Below are positions 51,895 through 64,000 of a stretch of 64,000 nucleotides of DNA, one piece after another. A program made the position numbers and the translations under genes. The stretch comes from Eledone cirrhosa. Lineage: Eukaryota. The notes below the pieces were generated by a model. That model made no database searches. It was given only the letters and a program-made list of their open reading frames with translations, and was not told where the DNA came from. The DNA is taken from positions 154,876,001 to 154,940,000 of the forward strand of contig OZ024743.1 of assembly GCA_964016885.1 (NCBI GenBank), given 5' to 3'. Positions within the stretch are counted from its first letter, which is position 1. Each line of letters begins with the position of its first letter.

Positions 51895-54800
51895 TCACCA
51901 GACAGATAAAAACTGCCTGCCCTTCCCGGCTAAAGGAGGATGGCGGGGCATCCTCGCGATGGACTCAGATGATAGCCGGATCCGTCCTAAACGCGAAAGC
52001 GGGTGTTCGACATAAACCCACAAGTCAGCAATTTTCGGACACTGGACGAGTTCGTATGGACGGTTTCGTCGACCTGCGCGCATCTCGGACATGCCCGGCT
52101 GACGGCACCTCCATGCCCGTAGAGTTTATCCCGAACTGGCAAGGATCCTCGGTAGCACTGCCAGGCCAGAGATTTCTGGAAGGTGTCCATAGGCCCTGGC
52201 CCGAAAGTTCTTCCGAAGAGATTGGCTAGTTGATTTTCGTCGACGCCTAGAGTTTCCCCAAGTATGTCGTCGCCCTTCCCCTCCACTAATCCTCTATAGA
52301 ACGCCGAGGTGGAGTTTCCACCGATCACATTGCCCGATTGGTCGAGGGCTGTGAGCGCCTGAAGACATTCCAGTCTCCAGGCGCACCCTCTCGGTCTTCG
52401 CTTGACCCAGGACTGCAGCTCCGTCAAGGAAACGATCTGGTGAAATACGTGTTTAGCAAACGGCGACCACACCTGATCACCGTCGAGGAAGAGGTGGTGA
52501 TGTCGTAGCCTGAGCGCGTGCCTGCGCATCATCAGCCACGGCATGCCCAGCCCTCCACGTAGCGGGTGTAGACAACCGATGGTCCGCCTGACCATCGGAG
52601 CGCGTCCTTTCCACAAAAAACGAAAGAGCAAACGCTCCAGCGCAGTCAGGCGAGGCTTAGGACAAGGTACGACGGTCAGGCGGTAGCAGATGACAGACGC
52701 GACGTACGCGTTAGCCACCTCCGCTCGGCCTTTCAGGGATAGCTTCCTCTCCGCCCATTTCTGGGTGAGAGAAGCCACCCTGCTCGTCAACTCGTCCTAG
52801 TATTTGTCCGTCTGGAGGTCCGGACCGAACCAGACCCCTAGCAATTTAACTGGTCCGTCCGTCCAGCGTCCGACGACGCTGTATGACGGCATGAACCTGC
52901 CTCTCCAGGTGCCGAGCTGCAGGCCCACTGACTTTCCTGTTTCATCATTGCTCCTGTCACCGCTTCGTATTCTCTTAGTGTAGTGCCGATCGCCTCGATG
53001 TGTTTGGCCTTCGACACCACTACGGTCACATCGTCCGCATATGCTGACACGGATCTTCCGCATCCTAGTTCGCGCGGGACGCCCCTCAACGTCTCCAGTT
53101 TGTGCAGTAATGGCTCGAGAGTCAATACGTACAAGAGGGACGAGAGGGGACATCCTTGGCGGACCGAACGCATGATGTTGAACGGTTCCGACAGGTGACC
53201 GTTCACTCTCACCACAGAGCAGATGTCGCTGTGCATGGCAGCGATCCAGCCTCTGAAGACGGGCCCAAAGTCAGCCGCCCTCAGGACTGCCGCCAGGTAA
53301 CGATGGTCGACCCTATCGAAAGCTTTCGACTGATCTAAATTGATCAAGGCCCACCGTGCCAGGTTCCCTAGCTACACTCTCTACGATGTATCGCATGAGG
53401 TGGAGGTTGTCGTGGATGGATCTGTCGGGAATGGCGCATGTCTGCGCCTCTCCCACCAGACCACCAACGACAAGCGCCAACCTCTTTGCTAGCACCTTGG
53501 CCACAATCTTGAACTCTGTGTTTAGCAGAGTTATGGGCCGGAAATGATCTATGTTATCCCCCTTTTTCGAATCCTTTCATAGCAGTGCCACCGCTCCTCG
53601 GCTCACAGAAGTGGGAATTCTCCCGTTCTGTTGCCAGTTACAGTAGACGTCCGCCAAGAGGCCTCCGAACAAGTCTGGCATCTGTACGTAAAGTTCATAG
53701 GGCAAACCATCCAAACTAGGCGATTTACCCCTTGTGCAGCCAGTCATTGCCTCCCTTACTTCAGCGGCTGTTATCGGCTTTTCGCAACTTCCGCCTCAGT
53801 GGCCGAGAGCCGCGGCAGTCCGTCGAGGTAGACACTAAAGTCTGTCCCTCGATTCGGCCCGCCGCTGCCCCCAAACAGCTGAGCAAAGTGTCGCTGAAAA
53901 GCTTCACACATTTGCCCGGGATCGAGTAGCATGCGCCCGTCGTGGTCCACCAAAGACCGGATCGTGGCTTTGTTGCCACGAAGCGCCTCCGCCACTCGGG
54001 CCCATTCAACGGCTTTCGTCCCCTCGTGTCTGAGAGCACGCACCCTTGCTCTGACAACGCAGCCTTCGTGCTTTGCATTGAAGAATTGTTCAAGGGTCAA
54101 TTTCGCCGCAAGCACGTCGGTCGCAATGCCTTTGCTAAGCGCCTCGTCTAATTTTCTAACTAGTTCTCCCTCTGCTCTATTTTTTTCTATTGCTAAAGCC
54201 TTACTGAACCTAATCGATTATATTCTAATCGCTCTTTTCAGAGCAAACCACCACTTGTTGTTGACAATGGCCCCCGTCAACGCCCGCTTAACTAGTTCGC
54301 TAATCTGGTCTCTGTAGGCCTTGCGCGCTGGTAAGGACGCGTTTAGCTTCCAGTAGCCGGGTCCTCGTCTATGAAGCCTATCTAAGTCAAGCACACTAAT
54401 CACGAATTTGTGGTCCGTGTAGCTGACTATCTTGAATTGTGGACAGCCTATGCTAGACCTATCTATTTACCTACAAAATACTCTATCTAGATATGATCTG
54501 TATGACCCTATACGATTTGTCCAAGTCCACATTGGCACATTCGGGAAATCCAATCGGTACCTGTCAGACAGTTCAAAACGCCTGAGCAGCATGGTGAGGC
54601 TCTTGCACCCTCCTCCCCTATCCGCTAATCCCACACAATCACAGTGTGCATCTAAGATCCCGTTCCAGTCGCCCACTAACACTAAAGAGCGGGACGTTCG
54701 AAGAAAGGTCTCCAGACGCCGTAAGAAATCAGGCCGCCCTGCTCCTGTCGGGGCTTAGACGGACATTAGCCTGAAAGCTTGCCCGTCTCCGCTGGTCACG

Positions 54801-55090
54801 TCCAGTACCACCAACTTACCCTCTGGGTCCAGGAAGATGGCCCGTATGGCGAGATCCAAACCTCTCCGAAAAAGCACAGCAACTCCTCCCCCCGATCCAG
54901 GACAGCTGGGAGATGCGTACACATCGTAGCCGCCGAAGATCGGTACGAAGGCCCGTGCCTCGGAGATTCTGGTCTCGCTGATGGCCACTACATCTATGTT
55001 TAATGACCTGAGGTCGTTGAGCAGGTGACCCTGCTTCCATGACGACCCCAAGCCACGCGCATTTATGGTGCCTATTCTGAGTGAGGTCAT
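51895..55090 (-). pseudogene. Tx1 ORF2 (APE endonuclease, RT, zinc finger), disrupted
   Basis: Consecutive ORF fragments 54755-55090, 54467-54682, 54218-54403, 53771-54115, 53313-53504, 52838-53347 and 51987-52790 carry the motifs in order. Confidence 0.92.
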
Positions 55091-56054
55091 GTTTAAAATA
55101 GAGTGGAAAATATGGGAAAGACAACGTACCGTACTTTTCGTAGAGGAGGGATGGTTTTTCCATCCCTTTTCACTTGATCGTCTGGTGAAGGGACCGTTGA
55201 ATCGTCCCTTCGGCTGGTTGTCGGCTCTTCTATGAGTATGTCCGAATATACTCTTCGGTTGATAGTTCCTCCTAGGTCTCTAATATCACCAACTGCGTTG
55301 GGGAATTTCGTTTTAATGTTTGTGTATTGTTTCTGTGCTATTTTTAGCAGTCTTATATTAGTTGGCGTTTGATTGGTGCTGGTATTATGTAGTCGTGTTG
55401 TGAAATGTCTGTGTGTTCAATTTTGTAAGTAATTAGTTTCTTGTTGTGTGTATTTATTGCCGTTCATTTGTTTTTATGAGGGTGAGGTGTGGTTCTGCTA
55501 TTTTCTTGTCGTTGGCTCTTGGTGTGTGTTTTGTTGTTGTGTTTGCGATGTTGGTGCTTGTGGTGTTGAAGGTGTTGTTGGCGGTGGGGTTGTCGCCGGT
55601 GGTGATGGTGGTGCTAGTGTGGGTGGTGATGGTGTTGGTGGTGTTGCTGCTGTGAGTCTCTTTGCAGTAGACGTTACCCTTTTTTCATTTCTTTCCTCCC
55701 TTTTCAAAGGCGACGATGCGCTGCTTCTGCGTTTGTGCCTTTTTACGACATTTTGCCATCCCTCTCCCACCTCACACTCCATGTCTGATTATGTGAGGTC
55801 GGAGAGGGGTACGAGCTCCACTCTTTCACTTGTTGTTGTTGGTGATGTTTGCACTGGAGTCTCTGTTGCATCTGCAATTGGTATTGCTGTTGTTGTTGTT
55901 AATACTTCCACTGCTGCTGCTGTTTTTGATTTCCGTGGCGTGGGTATGGGTGCCACGGACCTATCGTTCCTGGTTGCCGATTGTCCTGTTGCTGGTAGCC
56001 GTGGAGCCGGTTTCGGAAGGAGGGGGGTTTTCTCCTTTCTCAGGGTCTTCTCTT

Positions 56055-57215
56055 TCAGAAGGCCCTGAGGTGAGTTTTCGATTCACAGCGAAAGCATTTC
56101 GGGCGTTTGCCCTCAACACTCATGGGCAGTTGAGTGCCGTTATCGAAGTCTATCACATCCGGGATAGCTTCGATGCACTCCTGGTTGGTTTGGATTAACA
56201 TCTCAATGGAGGTGCCGACCCAATCTTCTCTTACTTTTTTCTGTACTTGCAGTACAGTTGTTTTGTCCTCGATTCCGACGAGGACAGACGCGGCCAGCCA
56301 AGAAGGGGCCATCCCGGGGGGCACGTGGGTCAGTTTGACCCTCACAATTTTTTGCCCGCAGTAGGAGGGCACCAACACCATTTCCTCGCTCCTTAGGGTC
56401 ACTACGGATTGAGCCTTTGCCTCCTGGGGTGTGGCAACAAGTACGTCTACGGTGGCATATTTCTTGCCTCGGGTGATGTGCGTTTTCCGCTGCCACACAG
56501 ACCCCAAGGCTTTTTGTATTTGAGCCTCTGTGGCTCTTTCAACACTACGGGATTTTGTACTTACTGTACGGTACGTGACCGTACAGTGCTGTTGGGTTTC
56601 GAAGAATTGTTCCGCTGCCTTGCAGATTGTTCGGTGCCCAGTTTTTGTCACCATCTTCTTCGCTTCCTCTAATTCCTCATTTGTTATGAGGATTGTTTCC
56701 AGGTTCTTCGCGATACCTGCAAACGAGATTGGTTTTTTTTTGCTGCTGTTGTTGTTGTCGTTGTCGTCAGAGCTGCTGTTACTTTTGTTGTTGCTGCAGG
56801 TACTACGACTAATGCCGCTGTTGCTGTGATTGTTGTTGTTGTTGCTGCTGCTAATGCTGTTGTTGTTTATGCTGCTGCTGATGCTGTTGCGGCTGCTACT
56901 GCTGTTTTCATTGTCACTGTTGCTGTTGTTATTACGGCTGCTACTGCTGTTATTCCTGACGTCAGACGAATGAAATGGGTTTTCGTATTTACCGCACACC
57001 TGTTTCGTCGTTGTCGTCGTCGTCGTGGAGAAATCTTGCACGCTTTGCACGAGACTTTTCTTTTCTGTCGTCGCTTGCGAAAGAGAATGGATGGAGAGAG
57101 ACACATTTAAAGAAGGGAGGGAGAGAGACAATCTTCTCTCTGTTGTAGTGACGATTGAGGAAGAAGAAGACTGAATGAGTGGGAGTGACCTATGAAAATT
57201 CTTTTTCGTAGCCAT
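56055..57215 (-). CDS. Tx1 ORF1 protein (Ser/Asn-rich N-terminus, putative RNA-binding core, CCHC knuckle), prematurely stopped
   Basis: Open frame from MATKKN to RPKCFRCESKTHLRAF. The stop replaces the last Cys of the knuckle, and a Pro/Thr-rich continuation follows to about 55130. Confidence 0.75.
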   Translation of the reverse strand: MATKKNFHRSLPLIQSSSSSIVTTTERRLSLSLPSLNVSLSIHSLSQATTEKKSLVQSVQDFSTTTTTTTKQVCGKYENPFHSSDVRNNSSSSRNNNSNSDNENSSSSRNSISSSINNNSISSSNNNNNHSNSGISRSTCSNNKSNSSSDDNDNNNSSKKKPISFAGIAKNLETILITNEELEEAKKMVTKTGHRTICKAAEQFFETQQHCTVTYRTVSTKSRSVERATEAQIQKALGSVWQRKTHITRGKKYATVDVLVATPQEAKAQSVVTLRSEEMVLVPSYCGQKIVRVKLTHVPPGMAPSWLAASVLVGIEDKTTVLQVQKKVREDWVGTSIEMLIQTNQECIEAIPDVIDFDNGTQLPMSVEGKRPKCFRCESKTHLRAF

Positions 57216-57439
57216 GTTGTTTTTTTGTTTAAAATAAATATTGGGCACAAAACCCCAATAAGCAGTTATTTAACCCCGAAGGGCCAAATAACGGGGAGAA
57301 AGACCCCTCTCACGAGGAGGAGGTTGTTTTGTCTACAAGTTGGTTAAAGTTTTAAACAATTTACAATTGTTATAGCGTTCAAAATGTACAATACCTTATA
57401 GAGCCGAGCCTCCGTCAACCATAGCATTCAATAATAATA

Positions 57440-60400
57440 AGAAGAAGAAGAAGGGAAAATGAAACATGTGTCAGTGAAAACGAGGTAAAATGTATCACTT
57501 CGAATCACAGGGTTGGGGCGGAATCACTGGCAACAGAACAAATTAAAGAAAGGATCGAAAAACTGGAGGGAGTGCATTCTCAAGATGAAACACCAAATTA
57601 AAATAATGAGATAGTAAATGATAAAGAAATGAATGAGAATGAACTTGCCAACTTGGAGGATGAAATTATGGTCGAATGGATGAAAATGAAAGAATCTGAA
57701 ATGGGGCAACGAGACACCCTCCCTAAGATCCAGGACTCCAAAGAGAACCAAAAGATAATACACAAGACTGACATAATTCTCAAAAACATTATAATCACAA
57801 ACAAACTAAACATTACTGATTTAAATCATCTCTGTTATGCATCGGCTAAAGTCACCACTCACTTATGTGGAGTGAAGATGAAAAAACAAAGGAATTCCCA
57901 CAAGAAATCTACTTGGCAAGAAAACATCAATCGCCAAATAAACCTTCTCCGATCTGACATAGAAATTTTAACAAACTATAAAGTAGGTGAACATGTTAAA
58001 CAAACTAAACTTAGAAAATTGAAAAGAAAGTATAGTATAAAATCAACAAGTGACATAGACATGCTGATAGAAATAATCAAGCAAAAAGTGTTGGCCAAAG
58101 CTGCTCGTATAAGGCCCTTTGAAAAACGATCTAGATTCTATAAGGACAATAATATGTTCAAAAACAACCAAAGAAACTTCTACAGAAAAATTGGTAAGTC
58201 AACAATAACTGCTAAATCAATACCACCCAAGGAGGAAGTGCAAGAATTCTGGGAAAAGATCTGGAGCGAAGAAAAAGTTCATAACATACATGCCCCATGG
58301 TTAGAAAGACAAATGAAAGATACAGCTCACCTTGAGGAACAAATATGGGAAAACATAACAGTTGAACAGTTGCGCTTGGCTCTAAGAAAAACCAACAAAT
58401 GGAAATCCCCAGGAAAAGACAAAATACAACATTTTTGGATAAATGCCTTCACAGAGTCTCATGAGCTGTTAGCCCAACTTTACAATGAAATAGTTAAGGG
58501 GCCAGAAAAGATACCATCATGGCTAGTTAACGGCATTACATTCCTGCTTCCGAAGAATGATGAGACAAACAATCCCAAAAATTACAGACCGATAACTTCC
58601 TTGAACACAATGTATAACATTTTAACATCAGTCCAAACTGAATACACATATGACCACCTGATAACAAATGACCTATTTCCCATTGAGCAGAAAGGGTGTA
58701 AACGAGGCTCATATGGCTGTAAGGATCAGCTTTTGGTTAACAAAATGATACTAGGAAGATTGTCATAATAGACACAAAAATCTATCAATTGCTTGGAAGA
58801 TTATTAAAAAGCATTCTATAGTTTGCCACACAGTTGGATTGAAAAATGTTTTGAGATTTTCAAAATATCGCCCGTTGTCAGGATGTTTTTGTCATTCAGT
58901 ATGAAGACATTGGAAACAACACTCCTTTTGAATAGTGAAACAAAATCACTCGAAGCTGGAGAAGTTAATATTAATTGTGGAATTTTTCAGGGTGACTCTT
59001 TATCACCGCTTTTATTCTGCATCGCACTTATACCATTAACTAAAATGCTCAATGAAACGAAACATGGATATAGAGTCTATGACAAAACCATTAATGACTT
59101 GTTCTACATGGATGACCTGAAACTATTTGCCAAAAGTGATGAACAATTGCAACGGCTATTATCCACTGTGGAGCAGTTCAGTGATGACATTAAAATGGAG
59201 TTTGGACTAGATAAATGCGCCAAAGCAACGTTCACCAGAGGAAAGCTGCTGAAGAGTTCAGACATTAATCTTGATCGGGGGAACGTGATAAGAGAACTTG
59301 ATCAAGAAAAAACTTACAAATATCTAGGTGTTTGTGAAGGAGACAGAATCAAGCACTCGACAATGAGGGAAAGGATAAGGAAGGAATGTTACCGCAGAGT
59401 AGAAGCAATCTTAAGAACGGAATTGAATGCAAGGAATAGGATCGATGCCATAAACACGCTTGCCATATCAGTAGTAACCTACAGTTACAATGTCATCAAC
59501 TGGTCAAGCACAGATATCCGTAGGCTCAATACAAAAATTCGAATATTGTTAATCATGCACAGAATGCATCACCCTAAGTCAGATATATATAGAATATATC
59601 TCCCTAGGAAAGAAGGAGGGCGTGGGTTAGTCCAGTTAGACATTGCGTTGAAAACTGCAACAATTGGATTATCTACATATCTAAGGGAATCACATGATTG
59701 GATGATCAAACTCGTTTTGAAACACGAAAGCATCAAAAGATCATATTCCATTACAAAAGATGCACAAAGATACAGTAATGGACTACAAATTTCAGAAGTC
59801 CCATTTACTGCTGAAATGGAAAACACAGAAAAAGCAAAGCAGGTAAAAGTAACTGCAAAGAAAGAACTGCTACAGAAACTGTCTAAAAAATGGCAAGAAA
59901 AGCCTCTGTATGGAAAATACCCAGAACGAGCTAACAATCCTGATGTTGACAAAACTTTAACCCATCAGTGGTTGGCATCCTTTGGACTGAAATCGTAGAC
60001 TGCAGCACTGATTATATCAGCACAAAATCAGTGTCTGCCAACAAAAAATTACCAAGCCAACATAATAAAAAATGGATGCAGCCCATTATGCCGTGTGTGC
60101 AAAAAACAACCAGAGACCATTCACCTTATAATTTCAATGTGCAGTCCTATAGCTCCAACCGAATACCTAAACAGGCATGTCAGAGCTGCACAATACATAC
60201 ATTGGATAATGTGTAAGCATTTTGACCTGCCCCATCAAAAGAATTGGTGGGAGCATCAACCACCTCCCATACTTGAAAAAGATCACATCTCAATCTTGTG
60301 GAACTTTAGCATCCAAACAGACCGAAAAATAGATGCAAATAGACCTGATATAATATTGAAGGACTTTAAAAAGAAGGTATGCCTGCTAATTGATATGTCC

Positions 60401-60822
60401 GTTCCAATAGACAAGAATGTATCTATAAAAACATTTGAAAAATTGAGCAAGTATAAGGACCTGGAGATAGAAATTGGAAAAATGTAGAAATCGAGAACTA
60501 AAACAATACCAGTGGTTGTGGGCGCTCTGGGAATGATACCTAAGGGGTCTAATGATTACTTATCGCAAATCCCAGGAAACACGCGTATGGGAGAAATAAA
60601 AAAGTTAGTACTAATGGGAACTGCCCATATACTAAGGAAGATTCTGTCAATATAAGTACATCACAAGTCTAAACACTAAAGATGCATGTCTGAGTATGTA
60701 TGTTCTTTCTTGAACATGGCGGAACTTGTTGTCTCTTGAGGTCACTGGTTGTGACTTGGTGATAACTCGTATGAACATAAAGCAAGATAAATGCAACTGT
60801 AATAATAATAATAATAATAATA
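57440..60822 (+). mobile_element. R4/Dong-type RLE retrotransposon family A, longest copy, (AAT)n on both sides
   Basis: ORF pieces 57629-58768, 58823-59998 (GIFQGDSLSPLLF, FYMDDLKL, YKYLG) and 60095-60487 (RPDIIL..LIDMSVP). Confidence 0.95.
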
Positions 60823-61001
60823 ATTGTTTTTACTTTTGGCACAAGGCCAGCAGTTACCCAGTGTATTACTGGTACTTTATTTGATCGACCCCGTAAGGAT
60901 GAAAGGCAAAGTTAACCTCGGCGGGATTTGAACTCAGAATGGCAAGGGTTGTAACTCTATGCGTCAAAGCATGGCGTCCAACCCTCTACCGATACTGCCA
61001 A
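60823..61001 (-). mobile_element. tRNA-derived SINE between Dong A and Dong B
   Basis: Matches the SINE consensus from the A box to the tail. The tail is the same (AAT)n run as the Dong A tail. Confidence 0.87.
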
Positions 61002-64000
61002 TAATAATGTCAACCAAATACTGCTGGTGTCGGAGGAAGAAAAAGAAGGAAAGGGACCAGAACCAACCGGACGAAAGAATTGTATAGATATGTTATGCAA
61101 TGTTACCTGAAGAGTAACCCCAAGGAGAAAGGCTATAAGAAACGGATGCATCATATCTGGTACGAGGATTGGTCTATTTAAATTAGATGAACAAAAATTG
61201 GCCGCGCAGGCTCGGGTAATAAGAACTAATGGGTGGATAAGCGAGCTGGAACTGGAGGAACTGAGCAGAGAGATTAGGTTGGAAATGGAGCGTGGAGTAT
61301 GCCAAGCAGACGAGCCAGTGGGAAATGAAGGTGAAGAGGTTGAGAGAACGGAGGAACCATCCGAAGCAGACAATTATCTGAATGCTAAAATAAATAATAC
61401 CTGGAACAAAGATACGGCATTGAGGAGATGAATGCTGACGGGCTAGGACAAGATTTGGTTGATATTCTAAACTTAGTGGTAGATGAATTGAACAATGATA
61501 GTGGGAAACCTATGAACCTAAGATTTGTAGACAGGAAAAAGTTAAAAGAAACAACAGCTAAGGTAAACAAAGTCATCCCATACCTTGAGACGAGGAGCCT
61601 TCACCTGTGCAACAATATCCTCAAAGCAACAACAAATGCGGTGAGGAAATTACTTGGCATAAAAGCGAGTGGAAACTACAAACAAGAAACGAATGAATGG
61701 TCAAATCAGGCAAATGAGAAATGACATTGGAAAGTTTGAGTCCCTACTGAATGGGACAATAAAAAAACATAGACACTAAAAATAGACTGGAAATAAAGTA
61801 CAAAACTAGGAGGAAATGTTAAATATTATCATAGAGGAACTGAAGCAACGCATTGTAGCAAAGAGTACAAACATTAGGCTACAAACATTAGGCGATACAA
61901 GAGCCGAGTCAGTCAGTATAGCCAGAACCTCATGTTTGACAACAACCAGAAGATGTTGTTTGGACAGCTTGAAGGGAAAGAAAGAGTCAACGACTTGATC
62001 TCTGAGGCGGAACAAACTAAGACATTCTGGAGAGGAATATGGGTGCAGGATGTTGAACATAATGACCAGGCAGTGTGGATTGAGACAGTACAAAAATAGA
62101 TTAGTGAACAGGCACACCAACAAACTGATTTGAGTATCACAGTTGAAACTCTTAAGGGTCAGGCCAAAAAACTAACCAACTGGAAATTACCTGGCCCAGA
62201 TGGTGTGCAGGGGTATTGGATTAAAAATATAACATCCCTCCACCCGAAACTGACAACCATGTTCAATGACTGCTTGATGTCAGGTGAGGTACCAGAGTGG
62301 TTGACAAAAGGTACCACAGTTCTGGTAATGAAAGACCGAATCAAGGGTAATGATGTTACCAACTATCGACCTATCACATGTCTGTCCGTAATGTGGAAAC
62401 TCTTGACAAGCGTTAGGTCTGAGGAAATCTACCATCACTTCCACACAAACAATTTGTTACCGGACGAACAGAAAGAATGCCGAAAGAAGTCCCGTGGTAC
62501 AAAGGTCCAGTTACTAATTGATAATAGGGTAATGAGGAATTGCAAGAGGAGACACACAGGTCTTGCCATGGGATGGATAGACTACAAAAAGGCATTTGAC
62601 ATGGTGCCTCATTCTTGGATAACCAAAGGCCTAGAGATCCTAAAGGTGGCAGATAACATCAGACAGGCGTTGGGCAAAAGTATGCAGTCCTGGAAAACAG
62701 AGTTAACATCAGCTGGAGAATTCTTGGGAGGCGTGAAGATCAAGAGAGGTATCTTCCAGGGAGATAGTCTGTTCCCTCTGTTGTTTGTCCTTGCCCTGAT
62801 GGCCCTGACCATTATAATGCGAAAAGTGAGAGCAGGGTACAAGTTGGGAAAGGGAGAGCTTACAATCAATCACCTCCTATTCATGGACGATCTTAAGCTC
62901 TTCGGGAAGAGTAAGAAGGAGTTGGATGTGCTTGTTGACACTGTCCGTATGTTCAGCAATGATATATGTATGCAATTTGGTATTAGTAAGTGCGGAGTCC
63001 CTGTGATGAAGAAGGGTAAATTGAGGAGAAGCAACTTTTATTAAGATATTAAGGAGCCAATGCTCAGAAGTATACTGAAGGAGAGGACAATAGACCAAGG
63101 GATGTCCAAGGAGGAAATAACAACATGGAGAAAGAGCAGCCTTCATGAAAAATCTCTTCATAGTACCTTCTTTTAGAAAACTGAATTCAGAGATCCACGG
63201 ACATGGAACTGGTTGAGAAGAGGAGACCTTTAATAGGCTACAGAAGGAATGCTAATGTATGCGCAAGAGCAGGCCTTCAAAACGAAGTGGGTTGAACACC
63301 ATATTTACAAGGAGGAGGCTAGCTCACTGTGCAGGATCTATGGAGAGAGAGAGGTGACTGTGGCTCACATTGTATCCGAGTGTAAACACCTAGCCCAGAC
63401 TTTCTATAAAGGCTGGATACATAATGTGATGGGCAGGGTGATCCACTGGCACCTATGCAAAGTAAACAATTTACCACATGCTGAGAAGTGGTATGAGCAT
63501 AAGCCAGAGTCGGTTATAGAAAACGATCAGGTGAAGGTGCTGTGGGATTTTAGTATACGGACGGACAAGAAACTGTAACACAATAGACCTGACCTGGTGG
63601 TTTTGGACAAGGAAAAAAGATCGTGCCTGATTGTGGATGTGGCCTGCCCATTCGACACGAGAGTGCAAGAGAAGGAGAGGGAGAAAATTAACCGATACCA
63701 AGACTTAAAGTGGGAGGTAAAAAGTGTTTGGAACTGCCATGAATTCAAAGTGGTCCCGATTGTCATAGGCGCACTAGGTACTATCTAAAAAAGTTTCCAG
63801 GGATGGTTAAAGAAAATTGGCCCCGCCACGCTTTTTGGAACGCTTCAAAAGGCATGCTTGCTGGGTACAGCAAGAACCCTCCGATACATCCTGAATATCT
63901 GAGGCTGCAGGTAGTGGCTTGATATTCTTTTCAACAAACTTTCCAGTTAACTAACATTAATGACTGAGACTCGAAGAACAATAATAATAATAATAATAAT
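61002..64000 (+). mobile_element. R4/Dong-type RLE retrotransposon family B, both ends probably present, disrupted
   Basis: N-terminal GYKKRMHHIW remnant, RT at 62130-63044 (PGPDG, NYRPIT, WIDYKKAFD, GIFQGD, HLLFMDD), RLE (RPDL..IVDVACP..EKINRY) and an (AAT)n tail at the window end. Confidence 0.93.

Larger units (their letters stand above)
51895..57429 (-). mobile_element. Tx1-type retrotransposon, copy 4, 5'-complete, 3' end missing
   Basis: 5' UTR starts at an ATT run near 57430 and the ORF1 ATG is at 57215. ORF2 starts at 55090 with APE (MTSLRIGTINARGL, VGDWN, SYLDRVF) and RT (KAFDRVDH, VRQGCPLS, AYADDV). Confidence 0.94.

Noticed and set aside
57333-57394. GT...AG segment in the Tx1 copy 4 5' UTR as a small intron
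   Set aside because: The polypyrimidine tract is weak and there is no counterpart in the other copies.

Overview
AT-rich eukaryotic intergenic or intronic DNA made almost entirely of nested transposable elements and microsatellites. No host protein-coding gene, rRNA, tRNA or CRISPR array is supported. The SINE and RTE types suggest an octopod cephalopod, which is an inference only. Two ecosystems are visible. (1) (AAT/ATT)n zones (about 4.4-22.6 kb, 31.7-33.1 kb and 51.9-64 kb) hold four minus-strand Tx1 (L1-clade) retrotransposons, plus-strand R4/Dong-type RLE retrotransposons of two families, and a tRNA-type SINE. The SINE 3' stem-loop mirrors the Tx1 3' stem-loop, with the same loop and a fully compensated stem. 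(2) A (TA)n zone (about 40-51.9 kb) is packed with Penelope-type and non-coding fold-back elements carrying eight hammerhead-ribozyme-like motifs. These include a young retrozyme-like element with a 591-nt monomer and a U3-A8 covariant catalytic core. In all four ribozyme-bearing fold-backs the inverted arm breaks inside the ribozyme. Degraded CRE, Helitron, RTE and Penelope relics lie between the zones. All calls come from manual motif reading; no database searches were run and boundaries are approximate.
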